DNA from: Verrucomicrobiaceae bacterium
GTDB lineage: Bacteria > Verrucomicrobiota > Verrucomicrobiia > Verrucomicrobiales > Akkermansiaceae
Reading direction: 5' to 3'
DNA length: 64,000 bases
Assembly: GCA_051252135.1 (NCBI GenBank)
Contig: JBPOGH010000001.1
Span: 625,832 to 689,831 of the forward strand
This document shows positions 46,968 through 55,797 of the stretch, in pieces. Below the pieces are notes generated by a model. That model made no database searches and was not told the DNA's origin. It saw only the letters and a list, made by a program, of their open reading frames with translations. A program made the translations under genes and the position numbers. Position 1 is the first letter of the stretch. Each line of letters starts with the position of its first letter.

Positions 46968-48377
46968 CTATTTTCCTACGCGGTAATCGCCTCCAAGGGC
47001 GAGGTGAAGGTTGATTCGGTTATCCAGACGCAAACGACGCAGGGTCACCAGTTGCGATGCCAGCGTAATCCGGTTGGATTGCGCCGTGATCAAAGTAAGA
47101 GCATCGCCCGTGCCTCCGGCATAATCGGCCTGCGCCGCCTCCGCCGCCTCGCCCGCACTCTTCAAGGCCGACCCGATCGCTTCCTCCCTCTGCACCAAAA
47201 AACGATCCGCCACCAAGGCCTGCTCCACTTCTCCGAACGCGTTCAACACCGTCCGCTGAAGCTGCGCCAGGGCCGCCCGGTCGTCCGACTTCAACCGGTC
47301 ATACTCCGATCTCAGCGCACCCCCCGCCCAAATCGGCTGGGATACCGCCGCCGCCAACGACCACACCCCGAAATCGGAGTCCACTATCTTGCGTAGCGAA
47401 TCCGTCGTCGTCCCGCCCCGCGCCGTGAGGTTCAAACTTGGATAAAAGGCCAGCTTACCCTGCTTCAACAAACTCCCCGAAGACGCAAAGTTTCGCTCCG
47501 CCTTCAAAATGTCCGGACGTCTCAGCAGCAACTCCGATGGCAGCCCCGCCGGCGGCATCGCCGGAACAGGTGGCAATCGGTCCGCACTCTTGATCGCCCC
47601 CGCCGGATAACGCCCCATCAGCAACTCAAGCTGCCTCACCGCCTGCTCACGCTCACCCTTCCGCTGCGCCAATGTCGCCTTCGCCGTTTCATACTGGCTC
47701 TCCGCCAGACGATACTCCGATGCCGACCCACCCTCTTCCGAAAGCGCACTCGTAAAACGATCCCGCACAATGCTCACCGTCTTGTCCAAAAGATCCAGCG
47801 ACTCCCCCGCCAACGCAATCTGCTCGTTCGACTCCCCCACCGCGAGCCACGCCCGCAACACCTGCGCCGCCAGCGATGCCCGCGCCGCCCGATAATTCTG
47901 ACCCTCGGCCTGCGCCTGCGCCAACATCGACGCCTGCCCCGCCCGCGCAAACCCCCAAATATCCGGCTCCCACGTCACCACCAAATTCGCCCCGTAATTG
48001 CTCGAAAGCGACGAAGGAATCCCCCCGCCCCCAAAAGGAAACCCCACAAAATTCTGCTTCGATTTCCCCCCATCCACATTGAGTTTCACATTCGGCCGCA
48101 TCGAAGCACCCGCCGTCCGCGCCGTCGCAATCGCCCGGTTCACCCGCTCCGCCGCCACCTGCATGTCCGGATTGGCCGCCAGCGCCTCGTCCACCAACGC
48201 CGTCCCGCGCCCCCCTCCAATGCGTGACACCCAATTCGTATCAATCCCCGCCTTCGCCTCTCGCGTCGCCGCCCACCGTGCCGGAGCACCATCCTGCACC
48301 GCCGCAATCCGGGACTCCGGAGCCAGCGCCGTGCATCCCGCCAGGCCCAACGCCATCATCGAAACCACAATCTTCAT
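46968..48377 (-). CDS. Efflux outer-membrane lipoprotein (NodT/OprM family)
   Basis: Lipobox LAGC; ALAANPD, WEPDIWG, PSELLLRRPDI, LHLALGG. Confidence 0.92.
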   Translation of the reverse strand: MKIVVSMMALGLAGCTALAPESRIAAVQDGAPARWAATREAKAGIDTNWVSRIGGGRGTALVDEALAANPDMQVAAERVNRAIATARTAGASMRPNVKLNVDGGKSKQNFVGFPFGGGGIPSSLSSNYGANLVVTWEPDIWGFARAGQASMLAQAQAEGQNYRAARASLAAQVLRAWLAVGESNEQIALAGESLDLLDKTVSIVRDRFTSALSEEGGSASEYRLAESQYETAKATLAQRKGEREQAVRQLELLMGRYPAGAIKSADRLPPVPAMPPAGLPSELLLRRPDILKAERNFASSGSLLKQGKLAFYPSLNLTARGGTTTDSLRKIVDSDFGVWSLAAAVSQPIWAGGALRSEYDRLKSDDRAALAQLQRTVLNAFGEVEQALVADRFLVQREEAIGSALKSAGEAAEAAQADYAGGTGDALTLITAQSNRITLASQLVTLRRLRLDNRINLHLALGGDYRVGK

Positions 48378-49021
48378 CGTTTTCCCTCCTTCATAAACCC
48401 GGCTTCACAAAAATTAATCACCCGTTCCATCGTCTCCTCCATCGTCTCCCTCTTCACCAATCCTCCGGAAACCTGCGCCAGCAAATCCCCGTGCATCAGC
48501 GTGTTGGACATCACCCCGAAGGAAAAATGAATCCGCCAAAAAATCTCCTCCGCACTCAACCCCGGAAGCGCTTTCCCAAACGCCGGCACAAACCGTCCCG
48601 CCACTTCGCGAAATTGCGTCATCACCGGAGTCGGAAATTCATAAGGCCGCTCGCCCGCCAATCGCCCCATCAACTTGCAAAAAAGCTGCTCACCCAACTC
48701 ACAGGAAATCATCTGCGAAATCATCGGCTCAAAAAACGCCTCCAACAACGCCCTCACCGTAGGGCGCTCACTCTTCTCCAATTCACTGATCCGCCGCAGC
48801 CTTTCCTCATTCACCGGACGCACCATCTCCACCACCACCGCATCAATCAGCTCATCCTTCGATCCAAAATGATACTTCACCGAAGCCACATTCGCCCCCG
48901 CCCGCCCCGTAATTTCCCGCAACGATACCGCATCAAATCCCTGCTCCGCAAACAGCGAAGATGCCGCATCAATAAGTGCCCTCTTCGTTCCGGCCTGATC
49001 TTGGACTTGCGCTCCACTCAT
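48374..49021 (-). CDS. TetR/AcrR family transcriptional regulator (PsrA-like)
   Basis: HTH LFAEQGFDAVSLREITGRAGANVASVKYHFGSK; start MSGAQ at 49021; ATGA overlap with the outer-membrane gene. Confidence 0.92.
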   Translation of the reverse strand: MSGAQVQDQAGTKRALIDAASSLFAEQGFDAVSLREITGRAGANVASVKYHFGSKDELIDAVVVEMVRPVNEERLRRISELEKSERPTVRALLEAFFEPMISQMISCELGEQLFCKLMGRLAGERPYEFPTPVMTQFREVAGRFVPAFGKALPGLSAEEIFWRIHFSFGVMSNTLMHGDLLAQVSGGLVKRETMEETMERVINFCEAGFMKEGKR

Positions 49022-49025
49022 GAGT

Positions 49026-49076
49026 TTCAAACAAGTGTTTAAATCAGCAATCTCCATTTTCAAGCGATTGTTTGAA
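49026..49076. promoter_or_regulatory. Two imperfect palindromes, candidate TetR operators
   Basis: TTCAAACAAGTGTTTAAA (49026-49043) and TTCAAGCGATTGTTTGAA (49059-49076) directly upstream of the TetR start. Confidence 0.7.
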
Positions 49077-49120
49077 TTTTTTTTCTCCACCGCCTTCTCC
49101 TCCTGCGCAAAGCTCTCGCC

Positions 49121-49930
49121 GTGATCGATCTCCACCATCAGGACTGCCTCGCCGGTATGCGCGGGATGCCTGATCACTCGGTCGATCTCGTCGTCACCTC
49201 CCCTCCCTACAATATCGGCATCAACTACGGCGCCTATGATGACTCCGGTGACCGCGATCACTTCCTCACCTGGTGTCAGGACTGGGCCACCGAGCTCAAA
49301 CGCATCCTCAAGCCCAACGGCTCCTTCTTCCTCAATGTCGGAGCCGCCCCCGCCAACCCGCTCCTCCCCCACCAACTCATCCTCGCCCTCACCGAATCGG
49401 GTCCTGGGTTCACCCTCCAAAACACCTTCCACTGGATCAAATCCATCACCATCCAAACCCGCGCGGGCGAAGACATCTCTGCCGGACACTTTAAGCCCAT
49501 CAACTCCAAACGCTTCGTCAACGACTGCCACGAGTACGTCTTCCACCTCACCACCACCGGAAACGTCCCCCTCCAGCGACGCGCCGCCGGTGTCGAATAC
49601 GCCGACAAATCCAACATCACCCGCTGGAAGCACACCGATGGAAATGACAAACGCTGCCGCGGAAACACCTGGTTCATCCCCTACGACACCATCAAATCCC
49701 GCGACAAGGACCGTCCCCATCCCGCCAGCTTCCCCGTCGCCCTCGTAAAACAATGCGTGACGCTACACGGACTTGACGAAACCGCCCATCTGCTCGACCC
49801 CTTCCTCGGCATCGGCACCTCCGCCCTCGCCGCCCAAGAACTCGGAATCGAAAAATTTACCGGCTTCGAGATCGACCGGGACTACCTCCAAATCGCCCGC
49901 GACCGCCTCGCCGAAGCCTCCATCTCCTAA
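49121..49930 (+). CDS. Site-specific DNA methyltransferase (N4-C/N6-A, beta class)
   Basis: Catalytic TSPPY precedes HPASFP and SAM-binding DPFLGIGT; GTG start. Confidence 0.9.
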   Translation: MIDLHHQDCLAGMRGMPDHSVDLVVTSPPYNIGINYGAYDDSGDRDHFLTWCQDWATELKRILKPNGSFFLNVGAAPANPLLPHQLILALTESGPGFTLQNTFHWIKSITIQTRAGEDISAGHFKPINSKRFVNDCHEYVFHLTTTGNVPLQRRAAGVEYADKSNITRWKHTDGNDKRCRGNTWFIPYDTIKSRDKDRPHPASFPVALVKQCVTLHGLDETAHLLDPFLGIGTSALAAQELGIEKFTGFEIDRDYLQIARDRLAEASIS

Positions 49931-49934
49931 CTTC

Positions 49935-50699
49935 ATGCAACAAGAACCCGTCGAAGAATTCACCACCGTGGAGTCCATCTTCCTCCGCGAGCGCAATTGC
50001 CTCTTCCTCCGCGCCGACTTCTCTCCCGTCTTTACCGACTACTACCTCCATCTCATGGAGATCAAAGAACGGCACCCGGAAAACCTTGATACCACTCTCA
50101 AGGAACTCCTCGCCATTTTAACCCTCCATCTCACCGCCCGCCCCTGGGCCGAGACCATCGCCTGGACCGCCAACCTCCGCGCCCCCCGGGCAAATTTCTT
50201 CGCCACCGGATCTTCCACCCACCAATACATCACCGGTCGGCTCTTCACCAAGGACGTCCGTGAGCCGGACCGTCACTTCCTCTACTCCCAGACCACCCTC
50301 CCCGGACAGAAACCCCGCACCTCCACCGTCGAGGTCGATACCACCTCTCCCCTCGAATGGTGCGAACAGTTCTACAAACAATCCGAACAACGACCCTGCC
50401 GCGCCTTTCATCTGGGAGGTGACACCTACGGACTCGTTGCCGCCCAGCCCGATTACGATGAGGAATGGCTCACCGGACTCACCGCCGATCTCCTCGGAGA
50501 CATCACCGACCGCGAAAACACCAAGGTCCTCGAAACCCGTGATTTCCGGTTCTCCTGCGGCTGCACCCTCGAAAGAATTCTCCCCACTCTCAGCGCCTGG
50601 AAGGACAACCCCGAAGAACTCTTCGGAGATTCCGATACCCTCTCCCTCCAATGCCCCCGCTGCGGAAAACGCTACCAAATCCAGATCGAAGACCTCTAG
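49935..50699 (+). CDS. hslO: Hsp33 family redox-regulated chaperone
   Basis: C-terminal zinc motif FSCGC...CPRC..RY; start MQQEP at 49935. Confidence 0.8.
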   Translation: MQQEPVEEFTTVESIFLRERNCLFLRADFSPVFTDYYLHLMEIKERHPENLDTTLKELLAILTLHLTARPWAETIAWTANLRAPRANFFATGSSTHQYITGRLFTKDVREPDRHFLYSQTTLPGQKPRTSTVEVDTTSPLEWCEQFYKQSEQRPCRAFHLGGDTYGLVAAQPDYDEEWLTGLTADLLGDITDRENTKVLETRDFRFSCGCTLERILPTLSAWKDNPEELFGDSDTLSLQCPRCGKRYQIQIEDL

Positions 50700-50702
50700 C
50701 CT

Positions 50703-51755
50703 CTAACGTAGCCTCACCGTCCCCTCACGCACATCGGCCACCGGCAGCGCATTCCCCTTTTCCCACCAATCAAGATTCGTCGTCGTGATGAGCTTCTGCG
50801 CCCCTCCCGGCAACCGGTCCATCAGCGCATTCCTCCGCCCCGGATCCAATTCGCCAAAGACGTCGTCTATCAGATAGACCGGCTCCCGCTGCCCCTTCTC
50901 ACGCAACACCTCACCCTGCGCCAGCTTCAACGCCAACGCCAACGTCCGCTGCTGCCCCTCGCTCCCAAATTCCCGTGCCGTTCGACCCGCAATCGTCAGC
51001 TTCAGATCATCCCGGTGCGGCCCCGCCAGCGTAATCCCCCGCCGCATCTCCCGCTCTTCCACTTCACCAAAGGCCGCCTCCAAATCCCCCTTCGACTGAT
51101 CCTGATAGACCAACCCCAGCACCTCCTCCTTGCCGCTCACCGCTGCATGATTCACGGCCGCACGGGTCGTCAAATCCCCGCAAAGCGCCTCACGAAGGCG
51201 GATGATCTCCGCCCCATGCTCAATCAAAAGCCGCGTATACGCCTTCACCTCTCCTTCCCGCGGAGAAAGGGTTTTCAAATACCGGTTCCGCGCCGATAGC
51301 GCCTTCCCGTAGCGCACCCAGTGATGCCGGTATTCGGGATCAATCTGCGAAGCCAAAAAATCGAGATACTTCCGCCGACTCTCCCCCCCACCACGCACCA
51401 AATCCAAATCATCATTCCCCATCCACACCACCAACCCGCTCGACGACAAATAATCGCGGCGGGATGCCGCCTCATCACCATCACATTTCAAACTCAACCC
51501 CTTCCGGTCACCCCGCACCTGCAAAGAATGTTCCCCCACCTCCCCCGCAATCCCGAATCCTTGCGTCCCCTCACGAATCAACTGCCGCGCCTGCCGCGCC
51601 CTCGGAGACTGCAGCCGCGTCAAGATACAAACCGCCTCCAAAACCGACGTCTTTCCCTGCGCATTCTCCCCCACCAACACCAAACCCTCTGACGCCAAAG
51701 GGATTGAAACCTGCTCAAAGCAGCGAAAATCAACCAACCGAAGGCTCTCAATCAC
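50703..51755 (-). CDS. recF: DNA replication/repair protein RecF
   Basis: GENAQGKTS, RRKYLD, GPHRDDL, SEGQQRT, LIDDVFGELD; probable GTG start at 51755. Confidence 0.95.
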   Translation of the reverse strand: MIESLRLVDFRCFEQVSIPLASEGLVLVGENAQGKTSVLEAVCILTRLQSPRARQARQLIREGTQGFGIAGEVGEHSLQVRGDRKGLSLKCDGDEAASRRDYLSSSGLVVWMGNDDLDLVRGGGESRRKYLDFLASQIDPEYRHHWVRYGKALSARNRYLKTLSPREGEVKAYTRLLIEHGAEIIRLREALCGDLTTRAAVNHAAVSGKEEVLGLVYQDQSKGDLEAAFGEVEEREMRRGITLAGPHRDDLKLTIAGRTAREFGSEGQQRTLALALKLAQGEVLREKGQREPVYLIDDVFGELDPGRRNALMDRLPGGAQKLITTTNLDWWEKGNALPVADVREGTVRLR

Positions 51756-51928
51756 CCCTTGAGCTTCCTCTCCGGTAGATAATTTGGCAACGCGAATCAT
51801 TTATTGAATTTCTTTCTAAGAAATCCCCCCCACATCCGTTCAACAATCAGAGCTCGGTTTCACCCTTCTTTGCTGGCCAAACCGTATTCTCCTCCCTATT
51901 TTTCAAAAATCCAAGCGATCAATATCCT

Positions 51929-53437
51929 ATGAGTCTCCACGCACAACTCTCACCGGAAGCCCAGGCAAGGCTTCAAGCACAGCGTCGTAATTCGACCATC
52001 AGCTCTCTCGTAATCGCCCTTTTGGTCATGGCTCTCGTTGCCGTGATCCTCCTGATCATCTCCATGGCCATCCCCGCCAAGGAAATCCCCACCATCGTCA
52101 CCTACAGTGCCGGGTCGGAAGCCGAGGAAAACCTGGAACAGCGCAAGGTCAACACCAGCACCCAACGCAAACCATCCTCTCCATCCTCTTCAATGGCTCG
52201 CGTCATTGCCTCCGCGACCACTTCTCCTACCGCAATCCCCGTCCCGGAAATCGACGTCCCCGAGCCTTCCACTGACTTCGGTGATGGCGATGACTTCGGC
52301 TCAGGTTGGGGTGATGGTGACGGCGCCGGCGGCGGATTCGGAAATATTCCGGTCGCCATGAAGAAGCGTTGCTCACTTGCCGACCGCCTCTCCCGCCTCG
52401 AAGCAAACGGTGGAAACAAAGAGTGCGAAGAAGCCGTCGTAAAAGCTCTCGATTGGCTCAAAAAGACCCAAAACAAAGACGGTTCCTGGACCAAGGACAA
52501 AAAGGTCGCCATGACCGGACTCGCCCTCCTCGCCTACCTCGGACACTGCGAAACCGCCCAATCGCAGGATTACGGTGAAACCGTCTTCGCCGCAGTCACC
52601 TTCCTCGTAAACAAATCCATGAAAAACAACGGCAAGCTCGCCGATGACTTCAAGGACAACCACTGGTGCTACGAGCACGCCATCGCCGTCTACGCCCTTG
52701 CCGAGGCCTACACCCTTTGCACCAAGTCATTCGGTGAGAACATTCCCAACCTCGAAGAATCAGTCCTCCAGGCCGGCCAATTCATGATCAACAGCCAGCA
52801 CAAGAGTGGCGGCTGGGAATACGCCTATCAGGATGATAACAAGCGCGGCGGTGACACCTCCATCGTCGGATGGCACGTTCAGGCCCTCAAGGCCTGCAAG
52901 CACACCGGCCTCGACTTCAAAAACATCAGAAAATGCTCCGCCAATGCCCTCGACTACATGGAGAGCATGCAGGCCAGCTCAGGCGCTATCGGCTACTCCT
53001 CTCCCAATATCAGCGGAGATCGTGATGGCACCACCCTCGCTGCCGTCGGTGCGCTTTGCTTCCAAATGTGGGACAAATCCTCTCACTCCGTGGTTCGCAA
53101 GGCCTGCAACTTCATCGACAAAAACATGAAGTTCGATTGGACCGGCGTTGATGCCGACATCTACGGCCACTACTACGCCGCCCAGTGCATGATCAACTAC
53201 GGAGGCACCTACTGGACCAAATACAACAAGATGTTCCGCGATCAGGTTCTCCAGGCCCAACACAAGGACGGATTCTTCAATAACGTGAACACCAAAGGTA
53301 AAGGGAAACTCAAAGCCCACGGCACCCTCTTTGCCACAAATTCGGATACCGGTAAGCACTACCGCACCTGCCTCGCCACCATGATGCTCGAAGTTTATTA
53401 CCGCTTCCTCCCTTCCAGTCAGAAGACCAAGGGTTAA
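51929..53437 (+). CDS. Membrane-anchored prenyltransferase/squalene-cyclase repeat protein
   Basis: TM, low-complexity linker, then ALDWLKKTQNKDGSW, TGLALLAYLG, GGWEY, DTS and LEVYYRFLP. Confidence 0.85.
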   Translation: MSLHAQLSPEAQARLQAQRRNSTISSLVIALLVMALVAVILLIISMAIPAKEIPTIVTYSAGSEAEENLEQRKVNTSTQRKPSSPSSSMARVIASATTSPTAIPVPEIDVPEPSTDFGDGDDFGSGWGDGDGAGGGFGNIPVAMKKRCSLADRLSRLEANGGNKECEEAVVKALDWLKKTQNKDGSWTKDKKVAMTGLALLAYLGHCETAQSQDYGETVFAAVTFLVNKSMKNNGKLADDFKDNHWCYEHAIAVYALAEAYTLCTKSFGENIPNLEESVLQAGQFMINSQHKSGGWEYAYQDDNKRGGDTSIVGWHVQALKACKHTGLDFKNIRKCSANALDYMESMQASSGAIGYSSPNISGDRDGTTLAAVGALCFQMWDKSSHSVVRKACNFIDKNMKFDWTGVDADIYGHYYAAQCMINYGGTYWTKYNKMFRDQVLQAQHKDGFFNNVNTKGKGKLKAHGTLFATNSDTGKHYRTCLATMMLEVYYRFLPSSQKTKG

Positions 53438-53455
53438 TAACGGCTCAACCATTTC

Positions 53456-53487
53456 AAAGCCCCGTGGATCGTTCCCCGGGGCTTTTT
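53456..53487 (+). terminator. Intrinsic terminator between convergent genes
   Basis: AAAGCCCCG...CGGGGCTTTTT inverted repeat. Confidence 0.75.
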
Positions 53488-53498
53488 CGTGCCTCGGT

Positions 53499-54731
53499 CT
53501 ATCGATCCCGCACAATCCGGCGCACCAAATCGAGGGCGCGCTGACTCACCTGCCACTTAAAATCAGACCGACTCCGGGGATGACACTCCCGAAACGTCGT
53601 CACCCCCCGCTCATCCGCAATCCCCAAACAAACCGTCCCCACCGGCTTCTCCGCCGTTCCCCCGTCAGGACCCGCGATCCCCGTAACGCTGACCGCGATG
53701 TCCGCTCCCGCCGCAGCCAAGCCACCCAAAGCCATCTCAGCAGCGACTTCCTCACTCACCGCGCCATGCGCCGCCAGGGTTTCGGAACGAACACCCGCCA
53801 GCTGGCATTTCGCCTCGTTGGAATAAGTCACAAAACCATGCGTAAACGCCGCACTCGACCCCGGAACATCCGTGATCCGGCAGGCAATCAACCCACCCGT
53901 GCAACTCTCAACCGTCGCGACAGTTAAGCCCGCCTCCACCAGCACCTTCACCACTTCCGCCTCAAGCGAAAGCCCGTCGTCACTGACCAAAAAATCTCCA
54001 AATGCCTCCTCCGCAATCACCCGTCCTGCTTTCACCGCCTCAGGTCCACCGATCAAACGCAAATCCACCTCCCCCAACCGGGCACAATATCCCACCTCCA
54101 GCCCATCAATCGCCGCAAGCACCTCATCAATTCCTTGATGAAAATCACTCTCCCCGATCCCCACAAACTTCAACTCCGTCACCTCGGCCACCATCTCCAC
54201 TCCCGATAACGCCCGCAGCCTTGGAGTCACCTCGGCATGAAACATCGGATAAAGTTCACGCGGAGGCCCCGGTAGCAAAAATAAGGCGCAGTTCGCCTCT
54301 CCGCTCATCCGCGGAGGAACATAAATCCCCGGTGCCGTTCCATTCGGATTGGGAAGCACATCCGCCCCCACAAGGACCTGCGCCTGCTTCAGGTTGGCAT
54401 CAACCATCGGCTTGTTCCGCTTCGCAAAAAATTCATACAGCGACCTCTTGGCCGCCTCATCCTCAATCAACTCCACCCCGCACACCATCGCCGCCGCCTC
54501 CCGCGTGATATCATCACTCGTCGGACCCAGCCCTCCGGTCACGATCACCGCATCACTTCGTGATACGCATTCGGCCAACGCCTCCTCAATCGCCACCCCA
54601 TCCGGAACCGTTGTCTGACGCTGGACCCGCAAGCCCAGCTTCACCAATTCCTGACCAATCCAGGTCCCGTGCGTGTTCGCCGTCGATCCGAGTAGCAACT
54701 CGGTGCCCGTATTAAGAATCTCGATCTTCAT
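53499..54731 (-). CDS. cinA: CinA family protein (competence/damage-inducible, NMN deamidase domain)
   Basis: GTELLLG, TGGLGPTSDD, GTAPG, LPGPP, ESCTGG, VTYSN, GAVS, TGIAGP. Confidence 0.93.
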   Translation of the reverse strand: MKIEILNTGTELLLGSTANTHGTWIGQELVKLGLRVQRQTTVPDGVAIEEALAECVSRSDAVIVTGGLGPTSDDITREAAAMVCGVELIEDEAAKRSLYEFFAKRNKPMVDANLKQAQVLVGADVLPNPNGTAPGIYVPPRMSGEANCALFLLPGPPRELYPMFHAEVTPRLRALSGVEMVAEVTELKFVGIGESDFHQGIDEVLAAIDGLEVGYCARLGEVDLRLIGGPEAVKAGRVIAEEAFGDFLVSDDGLSLEAEVVKVLVEAGLTVATVESCTGGLIACRITDVPGSSAAFTHGFVTYSNEAKCQLAGVRSETLAAHGAVSEEVAAEMALGGLAAAGADIAVSVTGIAGPDGGTAEKPVGTVCLGIADERGVTTFRECHPRSRSDFKWQVSQRALDLVRRIVRDR

Positions 54732-55086
54732 CCTCGTCCTTCCAAATCAGCTCCTTCGCATCGCCCCAGAGGTCTTCCAGGGCATAAAGTTCGCGAAGCT
54801 CTTCATGAAGGACGTGCACCATGACATCTACAAAGTCCAGCACCACCCAACGGGTCGCTGCTTTCCCTTCGGTCCGCAATGGTGACTCGCCACTGAGCGC
54901 ATTCACCTTCCCCTCGATATCACGGCTGATCGCCTTGAGGTGCGGCATCGAATTGCCCGAGCACACGATCATGAAATCGGTCAACGTCGAAATACCTCGC
55001 AGATCAAAAATACGAACGTTTTCAGCTTTGATTTCATCGGCAGCCTTTGCGCAAGACAATGCCAGTTGTTCTCCTCCTTCACTCAT
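54712..55086 (-). CDS. rsfS: Ribosome silencing factor
   Basis: IKAENVRIFDL, DFMIVCSG, WVVLDFVDVMVHV, YALEDLWGD. Confidence 0.93.
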   Translation of the reverse strand: MSEGGEQLALSCAKAADEIKAENVRIFDLRGISTLTDFMIVCSGNSMPHLKAISRDIEGKVNALSGESPLRTEGKAATRWVVLDFVDVMVHVLHEELRELYALEDLWGDAKELIWKDEDEDRDS

Positions 55087-55184
55087 GGGATGATTTGTCT
55101 GAAGGGTGCTGGACTCACGTGTAAAACGATACATGAGACCGGAAAGTCACCAGACTTCTCTTGATCACCTTGCGGTGGAGAAAC

Positions 55185-55260
55185 TGGTGGAGCGTAGCGG
55201 ATTCGAACCGCTGACCCCCTGCATGCCATGCAGGTGCTCTACCAACTGAGCTAACGCCCC
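55185..55260 (-). tRNA. tRNA-Ala (GGC)
   Basis: 76-nt cloverleaf GGGGCGTTAGCTCAGTTGG...CCTGCATGGCATGCAGG...GGTTCGAATCC...CTCCACCA. Confidence 0.97.
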
Positions 55261-55398
55261 TTTCCTGTTCAGGACGGCGAAGAGGTATTAGTGACCAGCC
55301 TTTGATGCAAGAAGAAAAAGAAAACATCCCGCCATTTCCCCCCCTCCAAAGTGATTTGCTCTTTGCCGGTCCCTGAATCAACCTCTCCCGCACACACC

Positions 55399-55797
55399 AT
55401 GTCCGTTCTATCCCTCATCTTCGGAATCTTCCTTTTCATCATCGGTATCACCCAACTCCCCACCCCTCCGGCCACCCCGGACCAGGTTCGGGAAAGCGGT
55501 GCCACCCTCGCCTTCCTCTTCGGCGGACTTCTCTTCATCTGCGGAGCCTTCTCCTTCAAACACCAAATGCACGGCCGGATCGGCATCGCCTTCGTCTCCC
55601 TCGCCGGGATTTTTATCACCCTCTACGAAATCATCCCCGCCATTGCACGCCGTGAACAACTCCCCTCACCCCTCGTCCACGGCCCCATCCTGCTTTGCTC
55701 CCTCATCGTGGCAGCATGCGCCTACCGCACCTGGAAAGGCAGCCGGGGAGCAAGAGTCGATCTCTCCTCCCCTGAACAGGACCACCCGGGACCCTAA
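55399..55797 (+). CDS. Hypothetical small membrane protein
   Basis: Four hydrophobic segments; fills the gap between tRNA-Ala and the cysJ-like gene. Confidence 0.65.
   Translation: MSVLSLIFGIFLFIIGITQLPTPPATPDQVRESGATLAFLFGGLLFICGAFSFKHQMHGRIGIAFVSLAGIFITLYEIIPAIARREQLPSPLVHGPILLCSLIVAACAYRTWKGSRGARVDLSSPEQDHPGP

Noticed and set aside
48374..49753. 459-aa ORF that appears to give the TetR a long N-terminal extension
   Set aside because: The extension is the antisense frame of the methyltransferase gene; the HTH begins after ATG 49021 and candidate operators sit just upstream.
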